NCBI GenBank assembly: GCA_965218795.1
Contig: OZ244653.1
Span: 2,848,001 to 2,912,000 of the forward strand
Direction: 5' to 3'
Origin: a bacterium
GTDB taxonomy: Bacteria > UBA8248 > JACPRG01 > G963555815
DNA length: 64,000 nucleotides
Part shown: one piece after another, positions 10,630 to 22,600 of the stretch
Layout of the letters: the number at the start of each line of letters is the position of its first letter
Position numbering within the stretch: position 1 is the first letter of the stretch
Translations under genes and position numbers: made by a program
The notes under the pieces: model-generated
Told to the model about the DNA's origin: nothing
What the model saw: the letters and a program-made list of their open reading frames with translations, nothing else
Databases searched by the model: none

Positions 10630-13600
10630 GTGAATACAGCCTCGGCTGACGGACGCGTCGCGCGGGCGCCCCTTCTGAGCATGCCGCGTTGGGTCGCATT
10701 GGTCGGCCTGGTCTTCGCGTGTTCGCTCACGACGCTCGCCTCCGCCGCTTCAGCCCAGACGATCCTCGTCAGTAATACAGGGCAATCACCGAACAATACC
10801 GACGGGATCTCCCAAGTCGGCTTCGTGCTTGACGATTCACAACACGTATACGCCCAGCAATTCAGAACGGGGAGAAACCCTGCCGGGTATACGCTCTCTT
10901 CAGTCAGTTTTAATGTCTCCGATCGGAGCAGCGATAATTCCGTAGCGGTAGCGATCTACAGTGATTCGAACGGCATTCCGGACTCTGAAGTATATGCTTT
11001 GAACCCGACAACCGTCAGCACCGGCCTCAACACTTTCACAGCGCCAGCGAATTCGGTACTGGCCGCACAAACCAATTACTTCGTCTACATACGTGCACCT
11101 GTGGGGCGATTCGCTTCAACAGGAACACTCTCGCCCGCAGAGGATTCCGAAAGCGCGCCGGACTGGAGTATCGGCAACGTCGCTCGATCTACCTCGGACA
11201 ATGGAGCAAATTGGGGCGACCCTTCTGCGGTGATAGTTCGAATGAGAATCAGCGGAACGGTCAGGGCCGCCAACACCGCTCCCACGGCCTTGAACAGCAC
11301 GGTCACGACGAACGAGGACACGGCCTACACCTTCGGTGTCGGCGACTTCAACTTCTCCGACACCGACGCGGGCGATGGGCTCGCGAGCGTGGAGATTACG
11401 TCCCTGCCGTCGTCCGGCAAGGGCAGCCTGATGCTCGATGGCTCGGCGGTGACGGCGGACCAGGTGGTTTCCAGGGCCGACATCGATGCGGACGAGCTCG
11501 TCTACACCCCGCCGGCGAACGCCAACGGCGACGACTACGCCAGTTTCGGCTTCAAGGTGAGCGACGGCACGGATGAGAGCGCCTCGGCCTACACCATGAC
11601 GATCGACGTCACGGCGGTGAACGACGCCGCGACGGGTGAGCCGGCGATATCGGGCACGGCCCGGGTGGGGAGTGAGTTGACCGCGGCCAAGGGCACCATT
11701 GCCGACGTCGACGGGTTGACGAGCGTCAGCTACAGCTACCAGTGGATACGTGTCGACGGCACGGACGAGACGAACATCACCGGGGCGACGTCAAGCACCT
11801 ACACCCTGGTGGCCGCCGACCAGGGCAAGAAGGTCAAGGTGAGGCTCGGCTTCGCCGATGACGGCGGCACCGGCGAGGCGCGGACTAGCGCGGTTTATCC
11901 GGACGGTGCGACGGTGCTGCCGCCCCCGGCGGTGCTCATCAGCGGCGCCGACGACCTCAAAACCGGTGAAGATGGCACGACCACCACTTTCCAGGTGCGG
12001 CTCGCCGCCGCGCCGGCGAACGAAGTCACCGTGACGCCTTCGAGCAGCGACACGGGCGAGGGCACGGTGTCGGGGGCGCTGACCTTCACCACGACCAACT
12101 GGAACACCACCAGGACGGTGACCGTGACCGGCGTGGACGATGCGGACGTGGACGGTGAGCAGTCTTTCAGTATCACTTTCAGGGTCGAAAGCACGGACCC
12201 GGGTTACGCCGGCATCAGCGTCCCGGCGGTGTCGGTGACCAACGCCGACGACGAACCGCTGGCGCTGACCCTCGACGCGATCGCCGGTGACGACACGGTG
12301 AACATCGCCGAGAAGGCGGCGGGGTTCGCGATCTCGGGCGCCACCGGCTCGCAGGGGGGTGTGAGTGTCACCGTGACGGTGGGCACGACGGAGCTGACGG
12401 CGACCTCGACCGCCGCCGGCGCCTGGTCGGTGGACGTGCCGGCGAACGCGGCCTACCTCACCGGCACGAGCGTGGCGGTGACGGTGAGCGCGAGCAAGAC
12501 CGGGTACACGGCGCCGAGCGACGTGACGCGCACTCTCGCGGTGGACCTGGCGGCGCCTTCGGCGACCTACACGGCGCCCTCGTCGCTGCAGGTGGGGGTG
12601 GCCGTCGGCGCCATGACGCCGAGCACCGCGGACGCCGACATCGCCTCCTACGGCGCCACGGGCCTGCCGCCGGGGCTGGACATCGACACCGGCACCGGGG
12701 TCATCGACGGGACGCCGGACACGGCCGACGCGAACACCGCCGCCGCCACGGTGACGGTGACCGACACCGCCGGCAACACCGCCACGGTCGACATCACCTT
12801 CCCGGCGGTGGCCAAGGGGGACCAGACGCTGACGGGGTTCGCCTACAGCCCCGCCACGGTGACCTATGGCGACACCGTCCCGGCGGTGACGGCGCCGGGC
12901 GGGGTGCAGACCACCCTGGCGTACTCGGCCACGCCGGCCACGGTGTGCACGGTGGACCCGTCCACGGGCGCCCTGACCCTGGTGGAGGTGGGCGCCTGCA
13001 ACATCACCGCCACCGCGGCAGGCGCCGCCAACTACAACGAGGCCACCGCGGCGTTCACCGTCACGGTGCAGGCGGCCGGGGCGCTGGCGCTGATCCTCGA
13101 CACCATCGCCGGTGACGACACGGTGAACATCGCCGAGAAGGCGGCGGGGTTCGCGATCTCGGGCGCCACCGGCTCGCAGGGGGGTGTGAGTGTCACCGTG
13201 ACGGTGGGCACGACGGAGCTGACGGCGACCTCGACCGCCGCCGGCGCCTGGTCGGTGGACGCGGCGGCGAACGCGGCCTACCTCACCGGCACGAGCGTGG
13301 CGGTGACGGTGAGCGCGAGCAAGACCGGGTACACGGCGCCGAGCGACGTGACGCGCACTCTCGCGGTGGACCTGGCGGCGCCTTCGGCGACCTACACGGC
13401 GCCCTCGTCGCTGCAGGTGGGGGTGGCCGTCGGCGCCATGACGCCGAGCACCGCGGACGCCGACATCGCCTCCTACGGCGCCACGGGCCTGCCGCCGGGG
13501 CTGGACATCGACACCGGCACCGGGGTCATCGACGGGACGCCGGACACGGCCGACGCGAACACCGCCGCCGCCACGGTGACGGTGACCGACACCGCCGGCA

Positions 13601-16600
13601 ACACCGCCACGGTCGACATCACCTTCCCGGCGGTGGCCAAGGGGGACCAGACGCTGACGGGGTTCGCCTACAGCCCCGCCACGGTGACCTATGGCGACAC
13701 CGTCCCGGCGGTGACGGCGCCGGGCGGGGTGCAGACCACCCTGGCGTACTCGGCCACGCCGGCCACGGTGTGCACGGTGGACCCGTCCACGGGCGCCCTG
13801 ACCCTGGTGGAGGTGGGCGCCTGCAACATCACCGCCACCGCGGCAGGCGCCGCCAACTACAACGAGGCCACCGCGGCGTTCACCGTCACGGTGCAGGCGG
13901 CCGGGGCGCTGGCGCTGACCCTCGACGCGATCGCCGGTGACGACACGGTGAACATCGCCGAGAAGGCGGCGGGGTTCGCGATCTCGGGCGCCACCGGCTC
14001 GCAGGGGGGTGTGAGTGTCACCGTGACGGTGGGCACGACGGAGCTGACGGCGACCTCGACCGCCGCCGGCGCCTGGTCGGTGGACGCGGCGGCGAACGCG
14101 GCCTACCTCACCGGCACGAGCGTGGCGGTGACGGTGAGCGCGAGCAAGACCGGGTACACGGCGCCGAGCGACGTGACGCGCACTCTCGCGGTGGACCTGG
14201 CGGCGCCTTCGGCGACCTACACGGCGCCCTCGTCGCTGCAGGTGGGGGTGGCCGTCGGCGCCATGACGCCGAGCACCGCGGACGCCGACATCGCCTCCTA
14301 CGGCGCCACGGGCCTGCCGCCGGGGCTGGACATCGACACCGGCACCGGGGTCATCGACGGGACGCCGGACACGGCCGACGCGAACACCGCCGCCGCCACG
14401 GTGACGGTGACCGACACCGCCGGCAACACCGCCACGGTCGACATCACCTTCCCGGCGGTGGCCAAGGGGGACCAGACGCTGACGGGGTTCGCCTACAGCC
14501 CCGCCACGGTGACCTATGGCGACACCGTCCCGGCGGTGACGGCGCCGGGCGGGGTGCAGACCACCCTGGCGTACTCGGCCACGCCGGCCACGGTGTGCAC
14601 GGTGGACCCGTCCACGGGCGCCCTGACCCTGGTGGAGGTGGGCGCCTGCAACATCACCGCCACCGCGGCAGGCGCCGCCAACTACAACGAGGCCACCGCG
14701 GCGTTCACCGTCACGGTGCAGGCGGCCGGGGCGCTGGCGCTGACCCTCGACGCGATCGCCGGTGACGACACGGTGAACATCGCCGAGAAGGCGGCGGGGT
14801 TCGCGATCTCGGGCGCCACCGGCTCGCAGGGGGGTGTGAGTGTCACCGTGACGGTGGGCACGACGGAGCTGACGGCGACCTCGACCGCCGCCGGCGCCTG
14901 GTCGGTGGACGCGGCGGCGAACGCGGCCTACCTCACCGGCACGAGCGTGGCGGTGACGGTGAGCGCGAGCAAGACCGGGTACACGGCGCCGAGCGACGTG
15001 ACGCGCACTCTCGCGGTGGACCTGGCGGCGCCTTCGGCGACCTACACGGCGCCCTCGTCGCTGCAGGTGGGGGTGGCCGTCGGCGCCATGACGCCGAGCA
15101 CCGCGGACGCCGACATCGCCTCCTACGGCGCCACGGACCTGCCGCCGGGGCTGGGCATCGACACCGGCACCGGGGTCATCGACGGGACGCCGGACACGGC
15201 CGACGCGAACACCGCCGCCGCCACGGTGACGGTGACCGACACCGCCGGCAACACCGCCACGGTCGACATCACCTTCCCGGCGGTGGCCAAGGGGGACCAG
15301 ACGCTGACGGGGTTCGCCTACAGCCCCGCCTCGGTGACCCATGGCGACACCGCTCCGACCGTCACCCCCCCTACCGGGGTGCAGACCACCTTGAGCTACT
15401 CGGCGGCGCCCGAGGGTGTGTGCACGGTGGACCCGTCCACGGGCGCCCTGACGCTCGCGGGAGTGGGCGAGTGCGTGATTACCGCCACCGCGGCGTCGAG
15501 CGCCGACTACAACCAGGGGACGGCCACCTACACGGTCACGGTGGCGGCAGCGGGCACGCTGGTGCTGATCCTCGACACCATCGCCGGTGACGACACGGTG
15601 AACATCGCCGAGAAGGCGGCGGGGTTCGCGATCTCGGGCGCCACCGGCTCGCAGGGGGGTGTGAGTGTCACCGTGACGGTGGGCACGACGGAGCTGACGG
15701 CGACCTCGACCGCCGCCGGCGCCTGGTCGGTGGACGTGCCGGCGAACGCGGCCTACCTCACCGGCACGAGCGTGGCGGTGACGGTGAGCGCGAGCAAGAC
15801 CGGGTACACGGCGCCGAGCGACGTGACGCGCACTCTCGCGGTGGACCTGGCGGCGCCTTCGGCGACCTACACGGCGCCCTCGTCGCTGCAGGTGGGGGTG
15901 GCCGTCGGCGCCATGACGCCGAGCACCGCGGACGCCGACATCGCCTCCTACGGCGCCACGGGCCTGCCGCCGGGGCTGGACATCGACACCGGCACCGGGG
16001 TCATCGACGGGACGCCGGACACGGCCGACGCGAACACCGCCGCCGCCACGGTGACGGTGACCGACACCGCCGGCAACACCGCCACGGTCGACATCACCTT
16101 CCCGGCGGTGGCCAAGGGGGACCAGACGCTGACGGGGTTCGCCTACAGCCCCGCCACGGTGACCTATGGCGACACCGTCCCGGCGGTGACGGCGCCGGGC
16201 GGGGTGCAGACCACCCTGGCGTACTCGGCCACGCCGGCCACGGTGTGCACGGTGGACCCGTCCACGGGCGCCCTGACCCTGGTGGAGGTGGGCGCCTGCA
16301 ACATCACCGCCACCGCGGCAGGCGCCGCCAACTACAACGAGGCCACCGCGGCGTTCACCGTCACGGTGCAGGCGGCCGGGGCGCTGGCGCTGATCCTCGA
16401 CACCATCGCCGGTGACGACACGGTGAACATCGCCGAGAAGGCGGCGGGGTTCGCGATCTCGGGCGCCACCGGCTCGCAGGGGGGTGTGAGTGTCACCGTG
16501 ACGGTGGGCACGACGGAGCTGACGGCGACCTCGACCGCCGCCGGCGCCTGGTCGGTGGACGCGGCGGCGAACGCGGCCTACCTCACCGGCACGAGCGTGG

Positions 16601-19600
16601 CGGTGACGGTGAGCGCGAGCAAGACCGGGTACACGGCGCCGAGCGACGTGACGCGCACTCTCGCGGTGGACCTGGCGGCGCCTTCGGCGACCTACACGGC
16701 GCCCTCGTCGCTGCAGGTGGGGGTGGCCGTCGGCGCCATGACGCCGAGCACCGCGGACGCCGACATCGCCTCCTACGGCGCCACGGGCCTGCCGCCGGGG
16801 CTGGACATCGACACCGGCACCGGGGTCATCGACGGGACGCCGGACACGGCCGACGCGAACACCGCCGCCGCCACGGTGACGGTGACCGACACCGCCGGCA
16901 ACACCGCCACGGTCGACATCACCTTCCCGGCGGTGGCCAAGGGGGACCAGACGCTGACGGGGTTCGCCTACAGCCCCGCCACGGTGACCTATGGCGACAC
17001 CGTCCCGGCGGTGACGGCGCCGGGCGGGGTGCAGACCACCCTGGCGTACTCGGCCACGCCGGCCACGGTGTGCACGGTGGACCCGTCCACGGGCGCCCTG
17101 ACCCTGGTGGAGGTGGGCGCCTGCAACATCACCGCCACCGCGGCAGGCGCCGCCAACTACAACGAGGCCACCGCGGCGTTCACCGTCACGGTGCAGGCGG
17201 CCGGGGCGCTGGCGCTGACCCTCGACGCGATCGCCGGTGACGACACGGTGAACATCGCCGAGAAGGCGGCGGGGTTCGCGATCTCGGGCGCCACCGGCTC
17301 GCAGGGGGGTGTGAGTGTCACCGTGACGGTGGGCACGACGGAGCTGACGGCGACCTCGACCGCCGCCGGCGCCTGGTCGGTGGACGCGGCGGCGAACGCG
17401 GCCTACCTCACCGGCACGAGCGTGGCGGTGACGGTGAGCGCGAGCAAGACCGGGTACACGGCGCCGAGCGACGTGACGCGCACTCTCGCGGTGGACCTGG
17501 CGGCGCCTTCGGCGACCTACACGGCGCCCTCGTCGCTGCAGGTGGGGGTGGCCGTCGGCGCCATGACGCCGAGCACCGCGGACGCCGACATCGCCTCCTA
17601 CGGCGCCACGGGCCTGCCGCCGGGGCTGGACATCGACACCGGCACCGGGGTCATCGACGGGACGCCGGACACGGCCGACGCGAACACCGCCGCCGCCACG
17701 GTGACGGTGACCGACACCGCCGGCAACACCGCCACGGTCGACATCACCTTCCCGGCGGTGGCCAAGGGGGACCAGACGCTGACGGGGTTCGCCTACAGCC
17801 CCGCCACGGTGACCTATGGCGACACCGTCCCGGCGGTGACGGCGCCGGGCGGGGTGCAGACCACCCTGGCGTACTCGGCCACGCCGGCCACGGTGTGCAC
17901 GGTGGACCCGTCCACGGGCGCCCTGACCCTGGTGGAGGTGGGCGCCTGCAACATCACCGCCACCGCGGCAGGCGCCGCCAACTACAACGAGGCCACCGCG
18001 GCGTTCACCGTCACGGTGCAGGCGGCCGGGGCGCTGGCGCTGACCCTCGACGCGATCGCCGGTGACGACACGGTGAACATCGCCGAGAAGGCGGCGGGGT
18101 TCGCGATCTCGGGCGCCACCGGCTCGCAGGGGGGTGTGAGTGTCACCGTGACGGTGGGCACGACGGAGCTGACGGCGACCTCGACCGCCGCCGGCGCCTG
18201 GTCGGTGGACGCGGCGGCGAACGCGGCCTACCTCACCGGCACGAGCGTGGCGGTGACGGTGAGCGCGAGCAAGACCGGGTACACGGCGCCGAGCGACGTG
18301 ACGCGCACTCTCGCGGTGGACCTGGCGGCGCCTTCGGCGACCTACACGGCGCCCTCGTCGCTGCAGGTGGGGGTGGCCGTCGGCGCCATGACGCCGAGCA
18401 CCGCGGACGCCGACATCGCCTCCTACGGCGCCACGGACCTGCCGCCGGGGCTGGGCATCGACACCGGCACCGGGGTCATCGACGGGACGCCGGACACGGC
18501 CGACGCGAACACCGCCGCCGCCACGGTGACGGTGACCGACACCGCCGGCAACACCGCCACGGTCGACATCACCTTCCCGGCGGTGGCCAAGGGGGACCAG
18601 ACGCTGACGGGGTTCGCCTACAGCCCCGCCTCGGTGACCCATGGCGACACCGCTCCGACCGTCACCCCCCCTACCGGGGTGCAGACCACCTTGAGCTACT
18701 CGGCGGCGCCCGAGGGTGTGTGCACGGTGGACCCGTCCACGGGCGCCCTGACGCTCGCGGGAGTGGGCGAGTGCGTGATTACCGCCACCGCGGCGTCGAG
18801 CGCCGACTACAACCAGGGGACGGCCACCTACACGGTCACGGTGGCGGCAGCGGGCACGCTGGTGCTGATCCTCGACACCATCGCCGGTGACGACACGGTG
18901 AACATCGCCGAGAAGGCGGCGGGGTTCGCGATCTCGGGCGCCACCGGCTCGCAGGGGGGTGTGAGTGTCACCGTGACGGTGGGCACGACGGAGCTGACGG
19001 CGACCTCGACCGCCGCCGGCGCCTGGTCGGTGGACGCGGCGGCGAACGCGGCCTACCTCACCGGCACGAGCGTGGCGGTGACGGTGAGCGCGAGCAAGAC
19101 CGGGTACACGGCGCCGAGCGACGTGACGCGCACTCTCGCGGTGGACCTGGCGGCGCCTTCGGCGACCTACACGGCGCCCTCGTCGCTGCAGGTGGGGGTG
19201 GCCGTCGGCGCCATGACGCCGAGCACCGCGGACGCCGACATCGCCTCCTACGGCGCCACGGGCCTGCCGCCGGGGCTGGACATCGACACCGGCACCGGGG
19301 TCATCGACGGGACGCCGGACACGGCCGACGCGAACACCGCCGCCGCCACGGTGACGGTGACCGACACCGCCGGCAACACCGCCACGGTCGACATCACCTT
19401 CCCGGCGGTGGCCAAGGGGGACCAGACGCTGACGGGGTTCGCCTACAGCCCCGCCACGGTGACCTATGGCGACACCGTCCCGGCGGTGACGGCGCCGGGC
19501 GGGGTGCAGACCACCCTGGCGTACTCGGCCACGCCGGCCACGGTGTGCACGGTGGACCCGTCCACGGGCGCCCTGACCCTGGTGGAGGTGGGCGCCTGCA

Positions 19601-22600
19601 ACATCACCGCCACCGCGGCAGGCGCCGCCAACTACAACGAGGCCACCGCGGCGTTCACCGTCACGGTGCAGGCGGCCGGGGCGCTGGCGCTGACCCTCGA
19701 CGCGATCGCCGGTGACGACACGGTGAACATCGCCGAGAAGGCGGCGGGGTTCGCGATCTCGGGCGCCACCGGCTCGCAGGGGGGTGTGAGTGTCACCGTG
19801 ACGGTGGGCACGACGGAGCTGACGGCGACCTCGACCGCCGCCGGCGCCTGGTCGGTGGACGCGCCGGCGAACGCGGCCTACCTCACCGGCACGAGCGTGG
19901 CGGTGACGGTGAGCGCGAGCAAGACCGGGTACACGGCGCCGAGCGACGTGACGCGCACTCTCGCGGTGGACCTGGCGGCGCCTTCGGCGACCTACACGGC
20001 GCCCTCGTCGCTGCAGGTGGGGGTGGCCGTCGGCGCCATGACGCCGAGCACCGCGGACGCCGACATCGCCTCCTACGGCGCCACGGGCCTGCCGCCGGGG
20101 CTGGACATCGACACCGGCACCGGGGTCATCGACGGGACGCCGGACACGGCCGACGCGAACACCGCCGCCGCCACGGTGACGGTGACCGACACCGCCGGCA
20201 ACACCGCCACGGTCGACATCACCTTCCCGGCGGTGGCCAAGGGGGACCAGACGCTGACGGGGTTCGCCTACAGCCCCGCCTCGGTGACCCATGGCGACAC
20301 CGCTCCGACCGTCACCCCCCCTACCGGGGTGCAGACCACCTTGAGCTACTCGGCGGCGCCCGAGGGTGTGTGCACGGTGGACCCGTCCACGGGCGCCCTG
20401 ACGCTCGCGGGAGTGGGCGAGTGCGTGATTACCGCCACCGCGGCGTCGAGCGCCGACTACAACCAGGGGACGGCCACCTACACGGTCACGGTGCCGAAGC
20501 TGACTTTGGTGAGCGTGTGGGACGCGCAGGCCGGGGAGGGCGAGGACATGACCTTCACGGTGCAGCTCTCGAAGACGACCGGGACGGACGTGACGGCGGA
20601 CTGGACGGCCTCGATCGAACGCGGCGACACGGCGGCGGCGGCGGATCTCGGGTCGACCACGAGAGGGACGGTGACGGTCGCGGCGGGGTCGAGGACAGGA
20701 ACGTTCAACGTCGCGACGGCCGACGACGCCACCGACGAGGAGAACGAGACCTTCACGGTGCGGCTGTCGAACCTGTCGTCGAACTCACAGATTGGAGACC
20801 CGGGGGCGACGGGCACGATCATCGACGACGACGTCTCGCCGTTCGAGCCGGCGACCATCCGCAGCGTGACGGTGGTGAGCGGCCCGGTCGCGGACGGGGT
20901 ATGGAGCACCGGGGAGCGTGTCGTGGTCGAGGTGCGCTATGACAAGCCGGTGGTGGTGGAGAAGTCGGAATGCTGGACCTACAACGCCGACGGGACCTGC
21001 CGGCCGTCGGGCCCGTACATGTTGGTGGCGTTCAGATCCGACGCGCGCCCGGGGTACGGCCAATCCCTGTCGACGCCGCTGGCGCCGTATGTGGGCGGCT
21101 CGGAGACGGACACGCTGAGGTTCGCCTACACGGTGGGCGCGGCCGAGGACGGCGCGCGGGGCGCGTGGGCGGCGGACGACGGCTTGCTGCTGTGGGGCGC
21201 GACGATCCGCACGCTGGAGGGCGGGGACGGCGCCTCGAGGTACACGAACACGCGGGTGATGCAGGTCACCGTGGACAGAAGCGGGCGCGCGTGGACGGCG
21301 GGCGAGAAGGTGCGGGTGAAGGTCCGGTTCTCGGGTCCGGTGCCGTATACGCCCCCCGACGAGCCGGAGAACCGGGACAAGGTGGTGGTGGACGATACCG
21401 GGGGCACCCCGACAATCGATCTGCTGCTGGGCGACCGGGAGGACCGCGAGCAACCGCGCAGGGCGTCGTACGTGAGCGGTTCGGGAAAGAACACGCTGGT
21501 GTTCGAGTACGAGGTCACGGCCGGCGACGGCCGGGTGGGCGCGGTGGAGGTGGTGGCCGACACGCTGGCCTCGAACGGCGCCACGGTCCGCAACGAGCGG
21601 GGCTACGATGCGGAGCTGGGTCACCTGGGCGCGGTGCAGTACGCGCAGCGCGCGGCGCTGTCGGTGGCCGGTGCCGAGGCGATGGAGGGCGAGGACGCGA
21701 CCCTGAACTTCGTGGTGAAACTGGACGGGGTTCCGGGTGAGGAAGGCGTGACGTTTGCCTACCGGACGAAGGATGTCACGGCGGAGGCGGGATCCGACTA
21801 CACGGAGACGCGCGGCACGCTGACGTTTGCCCGGGGCGAGTACGAGAAGACGGTGGAGGTGCCGATCCGGGACGACGCGGATGAAGACGGCGGGGAGACG
21901 TTCAAGCTGCTGCTGAGCAATGTCACCGGCGCGAGCGTCAAGAACTACGAGGCGGTGGGCACGATTCGGAACGACGAGGCGCGGGAGTCGAACACGGACC
22001 CGGAGGAGGCGCCGCTGACGGCGTCGTTCGAGGACGTGCCGGCGGAGCATGACGGGGAGAGCGCGTTCACGTTCAGGATCGCGTTCAGCGAGCGGATCGG
22101 CTGGATGAACGGCCGGCGGTTGCGCGAGGACGTGGTGGCGGTGGCCGGGGGCCGGGCGACGTCGGCCAGCCGGGTGGACCGGCGCCGGGACCTGTGGCAG
22201 GTGACGGTCGAGCCGGACTCGCTGGCGGACGTGACGGTGACGCTCGCGGCCGGGGCGGCCTGCCGGACCCCGGCGGCGGTCTGCACGTCGGACGGCCGCG
22301 CGCTGTCGAACACCATCTCGACGACGGTGCGGGGTCCTGTGGCGGTGTCGGTGGCGGACGCGCGGGCCAGGGAAGGCGCGGACGAGACCATCGACTTCGC
22401 GGTGACGCTGAGCCGGGCGGCATCGGTGACGGTGGCGGTGGCCTATGCAACCGCCGACGGGACGGCGACCGCGGGCGAGGACTATACGCGCAGCGGCGGC
22501 GCGCTCAGCTTCGATCCGGGCGAGACGGCGAAGACGGTCTCGGTGCCGGTGCTGGACGACGCGGTGGACGAGGGCGAGGAGACCTTCACGCTCCGGCTCA

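Noticed and set aside
11791-20292. 2833-aa antisense ORF
   Set aside because: Shadow of the GC-biased repetitive adhesin; Arg/Gly/His-rich with no recognisable motifs
12259-20493. CRISPR or non-coding array
   Set aside because: 825-bp in-frame coding units without unique spacers; no cas genes in the window
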